From Malacoraja senta (Eukaryota), in NCBI GenBank assembly GCA_038087875.1, contig CM075993.1, positions 1,800,001 through 1,864,000 of the forward strand: a stretch of 64,000 nt of DNA, in the 5' to 3' direction. Each line of letters begins with the position of its first letter. Positions within the stretch are counted from its first letter, which is position 1. Shown here in pieces: positions 38,570-52,446 of this stretch. A program made the translations under genes and the position numbers. The notes under the pieces were generated by a model that saw only the letters and a list, made by a program, of their open reading frames with translations, had not been told where the DNA came from and ran no database searches.

Positions 38570-38998
38570 TCATAAGATCATGAGTGATGGGAGTAGAATT
38601 AGGCCATTCGGCCCATTGGGTCCACTCCGCCATTCAATCATGGCTGATCTATCTCTCCCTCCTAACCCCATTCTCCTGCCTTCTCCCCATAACCTCTGAC
38701 ACCCGCACTAATCAAGAATCTATCTATCTCTGCCTTAAAAATATCCACTGACTTGGCCTCCACAGCCGTCTGTGGCAATGAATTCCACAGATTCACCACC
38801 CTCTGACTAAAGAAATTCCTCCTCATCTCCTTCCTAAAGGAACGTCCTTTAATTCTGAGGCTGTGACCTCTAGTCCTAGACTCTCCCACTAACGGAAACA
38901 TCCTCTCCACATCCACTCTATCCAAGCCTTTCACTATTCTGTACGTTTCATTGAGGTCCCCCTCATTCTTCTAAACTCCAGCAAGTACAGGCCCAGTA
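38570..38998 (-). mobile_element. CR1 LINE 3' fragment
   Basis: KGLDRVDVERMFPLVGESRTRGHSLRIKGRSFRKEMRRNFFSQRVVNLWNSLPQ. Confidence 0.9.
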
Positions 38999-39431
38999 CT
39001 CTCCGACTTACAGGAAAAATCAAATTATGGACGTCTGTAAAAACGGAATCCATCTGTTCCCTGGCAACAGCCTGTATGTTGGGTGTGATTGTAGTTTAAT
39101 TTGTCACCAATAGTTTCAATCTTCTCACTCGAGACACATTATTCCTACCATGGCTGTATCAGTTACATTAATGCACCTCTGTCATTCACTTTGGTTTAGT
39201 TTAGTTTAACTTAGCTTAGCTAAACTTAACTAAGTTTGTTCAGTTTAGTTACGTAACTTTAGTTGAGTTTATTATAGTCACGTATACCGAGGTACAGCGT
39301 AAAGCTTTTTTGTTGCGTGCTATCCAGTCAGCGGGAAGACCATTCATGATTACAATCAAGCCGTCCACAGTGTACAGATACAGGAGAAAAGGAATAATGT
39401 TTAGTGCAAGGTAAAGTCCGATTAAATGTTT

Positions 39432-39786
39432 AAGAAGGAACTGCAGATGCTGGAAAATCGAAGGTAGACAAAATGGAGAAACTCAGCGGGTGCAGCAGCA
39501 TCTATGGAGCGAAGGAAATAGGCAACGTTTCGGGCCGAAACCCTGAAGGAAATAGGCAACGTTTCGGGCCGAAACCCTGAAGGAAATAGGCAACGTTTCG
39601 GGACGAAACCCGGAAGGGTTTCGGGCCGAAACGTTGCCTATTTCCTTCGCTCCATAGATGCTGCTGCACCCGCTGAGTTTCTCCAGCAGGTACACAAAAA
39701 TGCTGGAGAAACTCAGCGGGTGCAGCAGCATCTATGGAGCGAAGGAGATAGGCAACGTTTCGGGCCGAAACCCTTCTTCAGACTGA
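39432..39786. repeat. Penelope-derived unit with internal 34-bp tandem repeats and an inversion
   Basis: (gaaggaaataggcaacgtttcgggccgaaaccct)x3 followed by an inverted copy; similar structures at about 32670-32825, 42700-42870, 56500-56615 and 57670-57935. Confidence 0.8.
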
Positions 39787-41854
39787 TGGGGGGTGGGGGG
39801 AGGCGGGGAGAAGAAAGGAGAAAGGAGGAGGAGGAGGAGAAACTGTCTCCGGAGGGAGGAGGTGAACTTCAAAGTAGGCATACCTTGAAGTCCGATTAAA
39901 GATAGTCCGAGGGTCTCCACTTTTTTACATTTGAGTATCATTCTCCAGTCAATAGACAATAGGTGCAGGAGTAGGCCATTCGGCCCTTCGAGCCAGCACC
40001 GTCATTCAATGTGATCATGGCTGATCATCCACAATGTACCCCGTTCCTGCCTTCTCCCCATATCCCTTGACTCCACTATCCCTAAGAGCTCTTTCTAACT
40101 CTCTCTTGAAAGTATCCAGAGACCTGCCTCCACCGCCCTCTGAGGCAGAGAATTCCACAGACTCACAACTCTCTGTGTGAAAAAGTTGTTTCCTTATCTC
40201 CGTTCTAAATGGCTTACCCCTTATTCTTAAACTGTGGCCCCTGGTTCTGGACTCCCCCAACATCAGGAACATGTTTCCTGCCCATAGTTCATGAAGAAGG
40301 GATTCATTGCTTGATTTGTAAACTCCTTGGCTAATTTTACAAGCAGGAAATTGGAGGATTGTGGCTCCCACACTTCACTTGCACGCACGTTTACCCTTTA
40401 TTCTAATTGTCTACTAATTCAATTATTTTTAACTGCCTGCCTCCTACTTTTCTGCATTATTTACAATCATTATCTCAGGCGGGTGGATAATCCCAAGCAC
40501 TTTAAGCTGACTCACTCAAATTCCCAGCAGTCCTTTCAAACAATCATTGCAGTCACGGAAAATGTGCGAAACTTTGTCCTGAAGGTAGACGCAAAATGCT
40601 GGAGTACTCAGCGGGACAGGCAGCATCTCTGGAGAGAAGGAATGGGTAATGTTCGGGTCCAGACCCTTCTTCAGATCCGAAACGTCACCCATTCCTTCTC
40701 TCCAGAGACGCTGCCTGTCCCGCTGAGTTTCTCCACATTTTGCGTCTATCTTCGGTGTAAACCAGCACCTGCAGCTCCTTCCGACCCGCAAATTTGCCCT
40801 ATTGTGTCCGAGCTGTAAGACATAGGAGCAGAATTAGGCCGTTTAGTTTAGTTTAGTACACTGTCATGTGTACCGAGATACAGTGAAAAGCTTTTGTTGC
40901 GTGCTATCCAGTCAGCAGAAAGCGGTAGAGGTTGCTGCCTCACAGCGCCAGAGACCCGGGTTCGATCCTGACTACGGGTGATGTCTGTACGGAGTTTGTA
41001 CGTTCTCCCCGTGACCCGCGTGGGTTTCTCCGGGTGCTCCGGTTTCCTCCCACACTCCAAGACGTACAGGTTTGTGGGTTAACTGTATTCTGTAAATTGT
41101 CCCCAGTGAGGGAGTTAGATTTAGCTCTTAGGGCTAAAGGAATCAAGGGATATGGGGAGAAAGCAGGAACGGGTCCTGATTTTGGATGATCAGCCATGAT
41201 CATATAGAATGGCGGTGCTGGCTCAAAGGGCCGAATGGCCTACTCCTGCACCTATTTTCTATGATTATATCTCTGGCCTTTGTCCAACCATCTGCCTATC
41301 AACAATCCCCCTTGCCTGTGTCCCCCTGCCAGGCTTTGTCCTGCACCCCCCCCCCCCCCCCACACACACACACTCTAGCTCTCTTTCCCCAACCCCCACC
41401 AACCCTGAATCAGTCTGAAAAAGGGCCCCGGCCCAACATGTCACCTATCCATGTTCTCCAGCGATGCTGGCTGACCCGCTGAGTTACTCCATCTTTGTGT
41501 GTCTATCTTCGGTTTAAACCAGCATCTGCAGTTCCTTCCGACACAGGAATAGAATTAGGCTATTCAGCCCATCAAGTCTACTTCACAAAGTCTGGTCTCA
41601 GAATGTCACTGTTCTGTTTTTGATACATATGACAATGAAACACTCTGGACTTGACGACAGTTCCACATTCTATGTCATTTGGGCGATGGCAGATGTTCTT
41701 GGTCAGGCTTTTGAGCTGGACTTTCCTGGACTTAACTTGCACTAAACGTTATTCCCTTTATCCAGTATCTGTACACTGTGGACGGCTTGATTGTAATCAT
41801 GTATTGTCGTTCTGCTGACTGGATAGCACGCAACAAAAAAAGCTTCTCACTGTA

Positions 41855-42877
41855 GGGCAGAGTCCCCCTAGTCCTCACCTTTCACCCCACCAGCCGTCAC
41901 ATACAACAAGTGATCCTCCGTCAGTTTCGCCACCTCCAACGTGACCCCACCACTCGCCACATCTTCCCATCTCCCCCATGTCTGCCTTCCGCAAAGACCG
42001 CTCCCTCCGTAACTCCCTTGTCAATTCTTCCCTTCCCTCCCGTACCACCCCCTCCCCTGGTACTTTCCCTTGCAACTGCAAGAGGTGCAACACTTGTCCC
42101 TTCACCTCCCCCCTCGACTCCATTCAAGGACCCAAGCAGTCGTTCCAGGTGCGACAGAGGTTCACCTGCATCTCCTCCACCTCATCTATTGCATCCGCTG
42201 CTCTAGATGCCAGCTGATCTACATTGGTGAGACCAAGCGGAGGCTTGGCGATCGTTTCGCCGAACACCTCCGGTCAGTCCGCAATAACCAACCTGACCTC
42301 CCGGTGGCTCAGCACTTCAACTCCCCCTCCCATTCCGTATCTGACCTCTCTGTCCTGGGTCTCCTCCATGGCCACAGCGAGCAACACCGTAAATTGGAGA
42401 AATGCACCTCATATTCCGCTTGGGCAGTCTACATCCTGGGGGCTTGAACATTGAATTCTCCCAATTCTGCTAGCCCTTGGCTGTCCCCTCCCCTTCACCA
42501 GCCCTCTGGTTGTCTCCTCCCCCTCCCCCAGCCCTCGGGCTCCTCCTCCGCCTTTTTCCTTTTTTCCTTTCTTCTCCCCACCCCCTATCAGTCTGAAGAA
42601 GGGTTTCGGCCCGAAACGTTGCCTATTTCCTTCGCTCCATAGATGCTGCTGCACCCGCTGAGTTCTCCAGCATTTATGTCTACCTGCTGGAGAAACTCAG
42701 CGGGTGCAGCAGCATCTATGGAGCGAAGGAAATAGGCAACGTTTCGGCCCGAAACCCTTCCGGGTTTCGTCCCGAAACGTTGCTATTTCCTTCAGGGTTT
42801 CGGCCCGAACGTTGCCTATTTCCTTCGCTCCATAGATGCTGCTGCACCCGCTGAGTTTCTCCGGCATTTTTGTGTAC
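41855..42877 (+). mobile_element. Penelope-like element (Neptune-type), 5'-truncated, with GIY-YIG endonuclease remnant and terminal repeats
   Basis: Frameshifted RVPLVLTFHP...FPSPP, Zn-linker CNCKRCNTC and IYCIRCSRCQLIYIGETKRRLGDRFAEHLRS (GIY-YIG). 12-bp TSD CTTCTCACTGTA at 41843-41854 and 42878-42889, inside a Rex1-type tail. Confidence 0.9.
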
Positions 42878-43193
42878 CTTCTCACTGTACCTCGATACAC
42901 GGGACAATAAACCAAACTTGCTATAGGAGAGGCGGGGGGATGTGAACAAGTTTAGTTTCGAGACACAGCGCGGAAACAGGCCTTTGGCCCACCATGTCCG
43001 CACTGACCAGCGATCCCCGCACATTAACACACACTAGGGACAATTGTTTCACATTTATACCAAGCCAATTGACTTACAAACCTGCAAGTCTTTGGAGTGT
43101 GGGAGGAAACCGAAGATCTCGGAGAAACTCAAGCAGGTTACAGGGAGAACGTACAAACTGTGTACAGACAAGCAGTCAGGATCGAACCTGTAA

Positions 43194-43530
43194 AGGCCCT
43201 GTCCCACTATACGAGTTTACCCAAGAGCTCTCCCGAGTTTAAAAAAAATCAAACTCGTGGTAAGCACGTAGAATGTACGTAGCGGGTACGTCGGAGCTAG
43301 GGGACGTCTCTTAGCGGCTCGTAACGCTAACGGCAGGTACTCGTGAAACGCCATAAGCTCGTGAAGTTTTTTCAACGTTGAAAAATGTCCACGAGAGCCC
43401 CGAGTACCCACGGGCGGCTATTACCGTAATTCTCCGAGTTCGAATCAGGGGAAACTCGGGAGAACTCTTGAATGACCTCGTACAGTGGGACAGCCCCTCT
43501 TGAATGACCTCGTACAGTGGGACAGCCCCT
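43194..43530. mobile_element. Palindromic MITE (subfamily A) with a 32-bp tandem duplication of its right end
   Basis: aggccctgtcccactatacgag...(tcttgaatgacctcgtacagtgggacagcccc)x2; inserted in an HE1 SINE at ctgtaa|ggcag. Confidence 0.85.
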
Positions 43531-44641
43531 TTAGGCAGTAGCTGTACCGCTACCCCCTGTCCAAGTCACATCCAAGCAGTAGCAAGTGAACATTTGTATA
43601 CCCGTAACACCTATGCATGTTTCTGGTAGTCCATATACAAATCCATTCAAGATGTTCCCTCTGGATTGGTGGATGTTTAAAATGAGCTGGAAATGTTCCC
43701 CAGGCTAGGTCACATCTGCATAGAGCAAAACAGTCAACGTTTCAGATCGATGACCTAGCGTCAGAGCCGAAACCGCGAGGCTATCGTCCTCTCAGCAGAT
43801 GCTGCCTGACCTAATGAGCAGGGCCCTTTCTGCTCAGCTCCAGATTGCCATTATCTATGCGATTCTGCTTTTCCATTCTGGGCTGCGTGACAAATGTCCC
43901 ACTCGGAACATCTAGACGCAGGGGAAATCTGCCAGTTGTACAAAGGTGGCAGCAACATTATTTTAGCAGAGGACGTGAGCGAGGGAGTAAATAGGCCATG
44001 ACAATACATGGAGAATTCATTATCATCTCTCTCTCTCCAGGTCTGTTGACTTTGGTCAACAGGAGCTTCGAGACTGAAATACCTTCCCAAAATAATTGTG
44101 CCGCTCCTGAGTCCCCACTGGTAACGAACGCATGTTGATGGAACAGAGAGGGCTGTATGTTTCCATTGTGGATACCATCTTGTTAGAGACTGGAGCTGAT
44201 TAGCGAGAGTATAGTTTGTGGGAGCGTTAGTAATGAAAGGCAGCGATAACAGGATTGTTTTAACAGTTGAAACAGAAAACAGTTAAAACAGCTGAATAAC
44301 AATTTTTGTCGGTGTCCCAGACTCCGTTCTCGTTGTGCATTCTTGCTACTTACTGGTCAGTATCAGTGCTTTTCCATTATAGAGTTGACTTACAAAAGCA
44401 ATTGAGATTCTATCAAGGAATTGGTGTCCGTGGAGTCATGGGAATAAATCACTTATTTCCAACTGTCCCCGTGACTGATCTTTCGTGCGCCCTGAATGAA
44501 AATGATGCAATTACATGTTTCGTTTTAGTTCAGAGATACAGCGTGGAAACAGGCCCTTCGGCCACCGAGTGATTCCCGCACATTAACACTATCCTACACC
44601 ACACTAGACACATTCCAGAGACAAACCTGTACGTCTTTGGG

Positions 44642-44958
44642 GTTTAGTTTAGTTTAGTTGGAGATACAGCGCGGAAACAGGCCCTTCAGCCCACAAGTCT
44701 GCACCGACCAGCGATCCACGCACGTTAACACTATCCTACACACACTAGGGACAATTTACACTTACACCAAGCGAATTAATTAACCTACAAACCTGTACGC
44801 CTTTGGAGTGTGGGAGGAAACCGAAGATCTCGGAGAAAACCCATGTGGTCACGGGGAGGACGTACAAACTCTGTACAGTCAGCACCCGTAGTCAGGATCG
44901 AACCCGGGTCTTTGCACTGTAAGCGCTGTAAGGCAGCGACTACCGCTGCACCACCGTG
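44642..44958 (-). mobile_element. HE1-type SINE
   Basis: Reverse complement of the full SINE, beginning with (tttag)n. Confidence 0.85.
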
Positions 44959-47900
44959 ATGCGCAGCGTGGAGGGCGCAAAGTGCTGGAGTAAACTCAGC
45001 GGGTCAGGCAGCATCTCTGGCGAACATGGATGAGTGAAGTTTCGGGTTGGGACCCTTCTTCTGACTGATTGCGGGGGGCGGGGGTGGGGGGGGGTGGGGG
45101 AGGAGGAAGGAAAGCTGGAAGAGAGGAGGGTCGGACAGAGCGTAGTCGCAAATAGGTGAACACAGGCGTGGGGCGGTTTTAAATGGGCAGAATGTCGGAC
45201 AAAGACCAGTGATGAAAAAACAGGGCGTGCGTCCAAAAAAGGATACAGAGTTGTGAAGTGTGAAGCTGGAGGAGAGAAAAGTGGCGAATTGTGAAGCCAG
45301 AGGAAGGAATGTAACGATGTGGTTTCTATATGATCTATTCTGTTTCCTGCAGAACGAAAGTGGCCACACTTTAAGAAGTAGTTCTTTGATTGCCGAGTGC
45401 TTTGGAAAGACCAGAGGTTAGAGATGATGCTATCTAGATGTATGAAGTGGACTCCAGGGTCCTCATGGACGGAACAAGTTGGCGGGTTAATTTTAAGGAT
45501 ATGTCAGTGTAGTTCAATTGTAACACATTTAGCCAAAATGATCAATTTGGCTGTTTCGACAAGAGTTCTTGCTTCAGTACGCTCAATTTCTTGTTCAATC
45601 AGTCACTTAGGAATTTAAGGATGTATAATCATATCATTCTTTACTCTAATCTTCAGAATATCCCAAAGTGTTTAAAAAGCAAGGTTATAATGAGCAGATA
45701 ATTACTTTGCAATCGATGTTTCTTGGGCAAAGATTTGCAGCCATTTTGCGCACGGCAAAATCCAATGTTGTCTTTCATCGACTATCGTGATCTATAGCAG
45801 CAAACAGCTGGCCTTCATATTAATTGGAACTTCAAAACCATAACAAAGTTTCATATTTGGTTATTATATTATGAATGCAATTTAATTATCTGATTGGCTT
45901 GACATGTTCTGGATTGGCCTTGTGGACCACAGAACAGCATAGCAGATGAAGAGGCCCCTTCGGCCCACAATGCCGGTACTGGAGATGATGCCAAGTTACA
46001 CTAAGCTTAAATGTACGTGACCAACATTCCTCCATTGCTTGCATGTCCATGTGGCTCTAATAACAATAGTTACATGGCCTGGAATACAATTATCAGTTAT
46101 GGACACATTATTACTGAACAGGCCCTTTAGCTCACCGTTTAGTTTAGTTTAGAGATACAGCGCGGAAACAGGGCCCTTCGGCCCACCGAGTCCGCGCCAA
46201 CCTGCGATCCCCACGCATTATAATTATCCTCCACACACTAGGGCCAATATCTTTATACCGAGCCAATTAACCTACAAAACCACAGAGAGTGGTGAATCTC
46301 TGGAACTCTCTGCCACAGAGGGTAGTTGAGGCCAGTTCATTGGCTATATTTAAGAGGGAGTTAGATGTGGCCCTTGTGTCTAAAGGGATTCAGGGGGTAT
46401 GGAGAGAAGGCAGGTACGGGGATACTGAGTTGGATGATCAGCCCATGATCATATTGAATGGCGGTGCAGGCTCGATGGGCCGAATGGCCTACTCCTGCAA
46501 CTATTTTCTATGTATCTATGTATCTATGTCCTTTGGAGTGTGGGAGAAACCGGAGATCCAGGAGAAAACCCACGCAGGTCACGGGAGAACGTACAAACTC
46601 CATACAGACAGGGATCGCTGGTCGGCGCGGACTCGGTGGGCGAAGGCCCGTTTCCACGCTGTATCTCTCAACTAAACTAAATTAAATCAGGGATTTGAAT
46701 CCTCTGCATTCTGGAGACGTGATCTACACACCATGGATTGTGTCTACACTACGGACGGCTCGATTGTAATCATGTATAGACATTCCGCTGACTGGTTAGC
46801 ACGCAGCAAAAGCATTTCACTGTAACCTGGTACACGTGACAATGAACTCAACTAAAACAAAAACTACTACTTGAGTTTAAGCTCACCATGGTGGCAGGGC
46901 ATTTAAAATTCAAGTAATTAAATGTAGAATTAAAATAACTATCATGAGCAATGGTGACCAAGGGATTGTTACTTTGCCTGAGGTGCTGGTGAATAATTTG
47001 AACAATTCAAAATTAGACCTTAGCTGCCTTTCAGTGGAAGGTCCACATTCTCCTGTGCGATTTCCCTCAATAATGAACAGTGATCACAACTCCTGAAGTC
47101 TCAAGAAAGTTAGGAACAGGAGGTCTGGACCTTGGGAGAAAAGTACAAAACTGGGCTGGAAAATTATGATATTATTAGGCAGGAGCGAGGGAGAGCGAAA
47201 TGGGAGGCAAAGTGCTGGAGTAACTCAGCGGGTCTGGCAGCATCTCTGGTGAACATGGGACAGCGAGGTTTTGGGTCTGAGCCAGGGTCCAGACCGAAAA
47301 CGTCACCTGTCCCTGTTCTCCAGAGAGCTGCCTGACCCACTGAGATACTCCAGCACTTCTGTTTAGTTTAAAGATTCAGCGCGGAAACAGGCCCTTCGGC
47401 CCGACCAGAGATCACCCGTTCTATCCTACACACCGGGGACAATTTACGATTTACAGAAGCCAATTAACCGATAAACTGCACATCTTTGGAGTGTGGGAGG
47501 AAACCCACGTGATAGCAGGGAGAATGTTCAAACTCCGTACAGACAGCACCTGTAGTCAGGATCGAACCCCAGGTCTCTGGCGCTGTAAGGCAGCAATTCT
47601 ACCGCTGCGCCACCGTGCTGCCCTGGATGTTTTGTCTTTTTTTTTTGTAATCCAGCATCTGCAGTTCCTTGTGTCAGCTTGCCATGATGGACAAAGTGGG
47701 AGGTTAATCAGGAACTGTGAATTAACCCTGGAATGTTTGGGGAATGGATGGGCATGTATGAAAGATGGACCATCTATCCCATTTCCACCTATCTCAAGTG
47801 AGCTATCATGGACTTGATGGGCCAAATGGCCTTCACTTTAAGGACATTTATTTTGTGAAGCGTCAATATAATGAATAGTTCCTCATGGAGGATAAACTAG

Positions 47901-48277
47901 AACAAGGGTCGGTGTTTAAAATAAGAGTTTGTTCACTTAAGATGATGATGACCCAAATAATTTTGTCTCAGAGGATCATGAATCTTTGGGTCGCTCTTCA
48001 TCAAAGGGCAGTGGAATAGAGAATGCAGCTTTTATTTGACATTCTTGATGAGCATAGAGTGAAAGGTCACCGATAGACACAAAATGCTGGAGTAACTCGG
48101 CGGGACAGGCAGCGTCTCTGGAGAGAAGGAATGGGTGACGTTTCGGGTCCAGACCCTTCTTCAGACAAAACGTCACCCGTTCCTTCTCTCCAGAGATGCT
48201 GCCTGTCCCGCTGAGTTACTCCAGCATTTTGTGTCTACGATTTAAACCAGCATCTGCGGTTCCTTCCTGCACAGTGA

Positions 48278-48451
48278 AAGGCCACCATGTCGTGAGGTGA
48301 CGCCTGTGTGGTCGTGAGTAGTCGCCCAAAGAGTTGCACCTTTTTCTGGTCACCGCTGGATTTTCAACATGCCTACATTTTCGGCGACCTGCTGCTACTC
48401 TGACGGGTGCCGGCAAGTCCCCGAAGACATCGCGTAAGTGGGACAGGCCCT
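48278..48451. mobile_element. Degenerate MITE of the same TIR family
   Basis: Right end aagtgggacaggccct|tta is intact; the left end is eroded. Confidence 0.55.
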
Positions 48452-50007
48452 TTACAGCGCTGGTCTAAAGGAAGGGTTGAAATTGCCAGAATAAAACAGA
48501 GTGAAGATGCCTTTTCACCTTTTATTCTGATGGACGTCAATTATTCTTAATGTAGTATATTTTAATCTTTTTTTTAAACAAGTGATGCATGAAGGATCCC
48601 TTTTTAAGTGGCCATCTTTGTAGTTTTACAAGATTGCACATCCTGTAGCAGTCCCAATTATAACTCGTTACCAAGAACAGATGCATATCACAATTTTACA
48701 GCTCTTCCCCCCGAGACCCGTCCTTTATACTGGAGAGTGAATTATGGTCTGTTTTTTAAGTAACAATATATTATGATCCAATTTCTTTTAACTGTGGGAA
48801 GCAGAGAAATGTTTTTTAATACAATTCATGAATATTATTTAACGTCACTTCATTAAAAAAAAATTTGCCAAGTGTTACTACATGTTTGGCAAACATAATG
48901 AACAAGAGATGGTGTCGTCTCCATTGTAGATAAGACCAGAAATTACTTTCCTTAGTCAAAAATAATTTTAATCAATGATTTACAATAAATAATATGAAAC
49001 ATTACAAAACAATATCAATAAACCTAACACCATAATACAAGATGAGACAGTATTCCTCATTTCTTAAACAAGAAACAACTGCAGATGCTGGAAATATCGA
49101 AGGTAGACAAAAATGCTGGAGAAACTCAGCGGGTGAGGCAGCATCTATGGAGCGAAGGAATAGGTGACGTTTCGGGCGGAGACTGAAGAAGGGTCTCGAC
49201 CCGAAACGTCACCTATTCCTTCGCTCCATAGATGCTGCCTCACCTGCTGAGTTTCTCCAGCACTCTGTATCCATCTCCACTGCATTTAAATGTCCTCCAT
49301 CAATGATCAGACACAATTTCAAGAGAGACTTAGATTTATCTCTTCGGACTAACGGAATCAAGGGATATGGGGAGAAAGCAGGAACGGGCTACTGATTTTG
49401 GATGATCAGCCATGATCATATTGAATGGCGGTGCTGGCTCAAAGGGCCGAATGGCCTACTCCTGCACCTATTGTCTATGTTTCTTTGTCTAATGAGAAGC
49501 TGCAGCTTTGGGTTAACCTAGATGAATTAATAAATAAAAAAAAGTGCTGCAAATGTTAATTGCAGATTGTTTAATTCACAGCTCCTTACAGCAGAGCTGC
49601 TCTCCTATAGATTTTGAGTTGGTGTGATTAGAACCGAGATTGATTGCTTGCAATATATGCAATAGTCATTTACAAAAATGATAAATGAGAGAGTATTCGT
49701 TTCCCTGGAGGTGCATCTTTCTCTGCTGTGAAATAAATTGTTCCCTCCTGTGAATAGCAGTAAGTGTTTGGATGAACAGGGGGAATTTTAATCAGAAGCA
49801 TAGCTGGTTTGTAGATTTGGTACATTAAAATTGAAAAAGGTTTCCATTATGAAATTATGACAAAAAATTATGCCACAGGAGGCAAGTCTAACCTTAATTT
49901 TCACAAAAGAGCAAGCCAGCCCATTTGGACTATCGAGTACTGGACCCTATAGTGTAGTAGGACATGCCTATTCTTCAGATCTTCAGTGATCAGTCTGTCC
50001 AATAGAA

Positions 50008-50590
50008 GGGTGGGACGGTGGCGCAGCTGGTAGAGTTGCTGCCTCACGCGCCGGAGACCCGGGTTCGATCCTGACTACGGCTGCTGCCTGTTCAGAGTTT
50101 GTACCTTCTCCGTGGGTTTTCTCCGGGTGCTCCGGTTTCCTCCCACACTCCAAAGACGTGCAGGTTTGTACGTTAATTGGCTTCGGTAAAGATTGTAAAT
50201 TGTCCCTAGTGCGTAGGGTGATGCTCGCGTATGGGAATGGTGGGCTGAAGGGCCTGGTTTCCGCGCTGTATGTCTATACTAGTTTAGTTTAGTTTAGAGA
50301 TACAGCGCGAAAATAGGGCCTTTGGCGCACCGACCAGCGATCCCCGCACACTAACACTATCCTACACACACGAGGGACAATTTACACTTATACCAAGCCA
50401 ATTAACCTACAAACCTGCACGTCTTTGGAGTGTGGATGGAAACCGGAGCACCCGGAGAAACCCACGCGGTCACGGGGGAGGACGTACAAACTCCGTACAG
50501 ACAGCACCTGTAGTCGGGATCAAACCCGGGTCTCCGGCGCTGCAAGCTCTGTAAGGCAGCAACTCTACCGCTGCGCCACCGTGCCGTGCC
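50008..50590. mobile_element. Tail-to-tail pair of HE1-type SINEs (+ 50008-50280, - 50282-50590)
   Basis: Two near-full-length copies in inverted orientation, abutting at the (tttag)n tail. Confidence 0.85.
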
Positions 50591-51336
50591 TTAACTAAAC
50601 TAAATTTAAATTCAGCGTCGGGCTGAATTTTGTGCTCAGGTTCTTGAAGTTAGTTTCTGGCCACCCCACTGTGCAGGGTGACAATAGACAATAGACAATA
50701 GGTGCAGGAGGAGGCCATACGGCCCTTCGAGCCCTGCACCGCCATTCACTGTGATCATGGCTGATCATCCCCAATCAGTACCCCGTTCCTGCCTTCCCTC
50801 CATATCCCCTGACTCTGCTATCCTTAAGAGCCCTATCTAGCTCTCTCTTGAAAGTATCTAGAAAACCGGCCTCCACCGCCTCTGAGGCAGAGAATCCCAC
50901 AGACTCACAACTCTCTCAGTGTAGGATGATGTCCATTGTAAATGCTGATCTTTGTTCACTCGTCATAAAACACACAATCTGGATCCTAAATGTATCTTTT
51001 TGTCACTTGGATCCTGTCCCCCACGAGGCAATTTCAGGACTTTGATGCACGTATCAAAACAAAGTGAATAATTCAAGAGGGCTCTGTGTGAAGTTATTCT
51101 TTCCCCCAATAATTTAATTTCTCAATCCGGTGCTCATTATTTTTTATGCACACACAGTGTTTGAATGTAACACAGGAATAACTAATGAAGTGTTTGAAAA
51201 ACAACCCCCTGAAGTGACCTATAAGCGCTGTGTGTGAAGAGAAAAGATCCACCTGAATCAAGGAATTTATTCCTCCATAAATGCTAGTGCCTGTTCATAT
51301 TTGCTGATGAATAATGATCACTAGTTAGTGAGTCTA

Positions 51337-51845
51337 AACTCCCCTTCCCATTCCCAATCTGACCTTCCTGTCCTGGGCCTCCTCCATTGTCAGAGTGAGG
51401 CCCAGCGCAAATTGGAGGAGCAGCACCTCATATTTTGCTTGGGCAGCTTACACCCTTTTCCCAGTTCTCCGACCAGTCTTATTGTCTATGACTACATTTT
51501 TATCTCTGTTTGCTTTGTTGTCACCTTCTCCCAGCTAACAATGATCTATTCTACATCGTCCTTGATCTCCATCCCCTTTGTCCTGTTTTCACACCTTACT
51601 CTTCCTTATCTATGTATCTCTCTCTCTCAGTCTGAAGAAGGGTTTTGGCCCAAAACGTTACCTATTTCCTTCGCTCCATAGATGCTGCTGCACCCGCTGA
51701 GTTTCTCCAGCATTTTTGTGTACCTATCTCTCTCTCTCCCCTGACATCAGTCTGAAGAAGGGTCTCGACCCAAAACATCACCCATTCCTTCCCTCCAGAG
51801 ATGCTGCCTGTCCCGCTGGAGTTACTCCAGCATTTTGTGTCTAAC
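51337..51845 (+). mobile_element. Penelope-like element 3' fragment with duplicated terminal units
   Basis: Encodes NSPSHSQSDLPVLGLLHCQSEAQRKLEEQHLIFCLGSLHP, the C-terminal part of the GIY-YIG domain, followed by two terminal-repeat units. Confidence 0.8.
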
Positions 51846-52446
51846 TTGAGATGAAATAGAGGATGCTTCAGGGCAGGTTGAGGTTGGGGACAGTGGGCGA
51901 GAGGGAGTGGGGATTGAAACTGGGATGTAGGAGATAGGAAATAAGTTGAAGAAGCAGAGAAGGGACAGGGGGAGAACTTAGGAGAAGGTTGTAGATAGGA
52001 AGGAGAGATAGGAAGATATAAGAGGATAATGACTTGGAGAGGAGAGATGGAGAGAGGGAATGAATGGGGGAAATAAGAGGAACATTGGAAGAGAAGATAG
52101 GAGCAAGGAGATGAGATCGGAGATAAGTTGGAGGGGGAATAGGAGAAATACTATTGAATGAATTTTCACTACCTATTCCCCAGTAACCTTCAGTAGACAA
52201 AAATGCTGGAGAAACTGAGCGGGTGAGGCAGCATCTATGGAGCGAAGGAATAGGCCACGTTTCGGGTCGAGACCCTTCTTCACCCGCTGAGTTTCTCCAG
52301 CATTTTTGTCCACCTTTGATTTTTCCAGCATCTGCAGTTCTTTCTGAAACACCCCAGTAACCTTTGATCATTTAATAATTTAACAGTAATCATTTAACAA
52401 GGGCTCTAAGTGGCTACACGAGGCCTTGTCAAATGGCTATTACTTA

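Noticed and set aside
45353..45381. Alternative terminal exon (E)RKWPHFKK* after tgtttcctgcAG
   Set aside because: Good acceptor and in frame, but the basic peptide does not resemble the acidic CD276 C-terminus; kept only as a possible alternative.
47684..47705. ATGATGGACAAAG resembling the start of the human last exon
   Set aside because: No AG acceptor immediately upstream; probably chance similarity.
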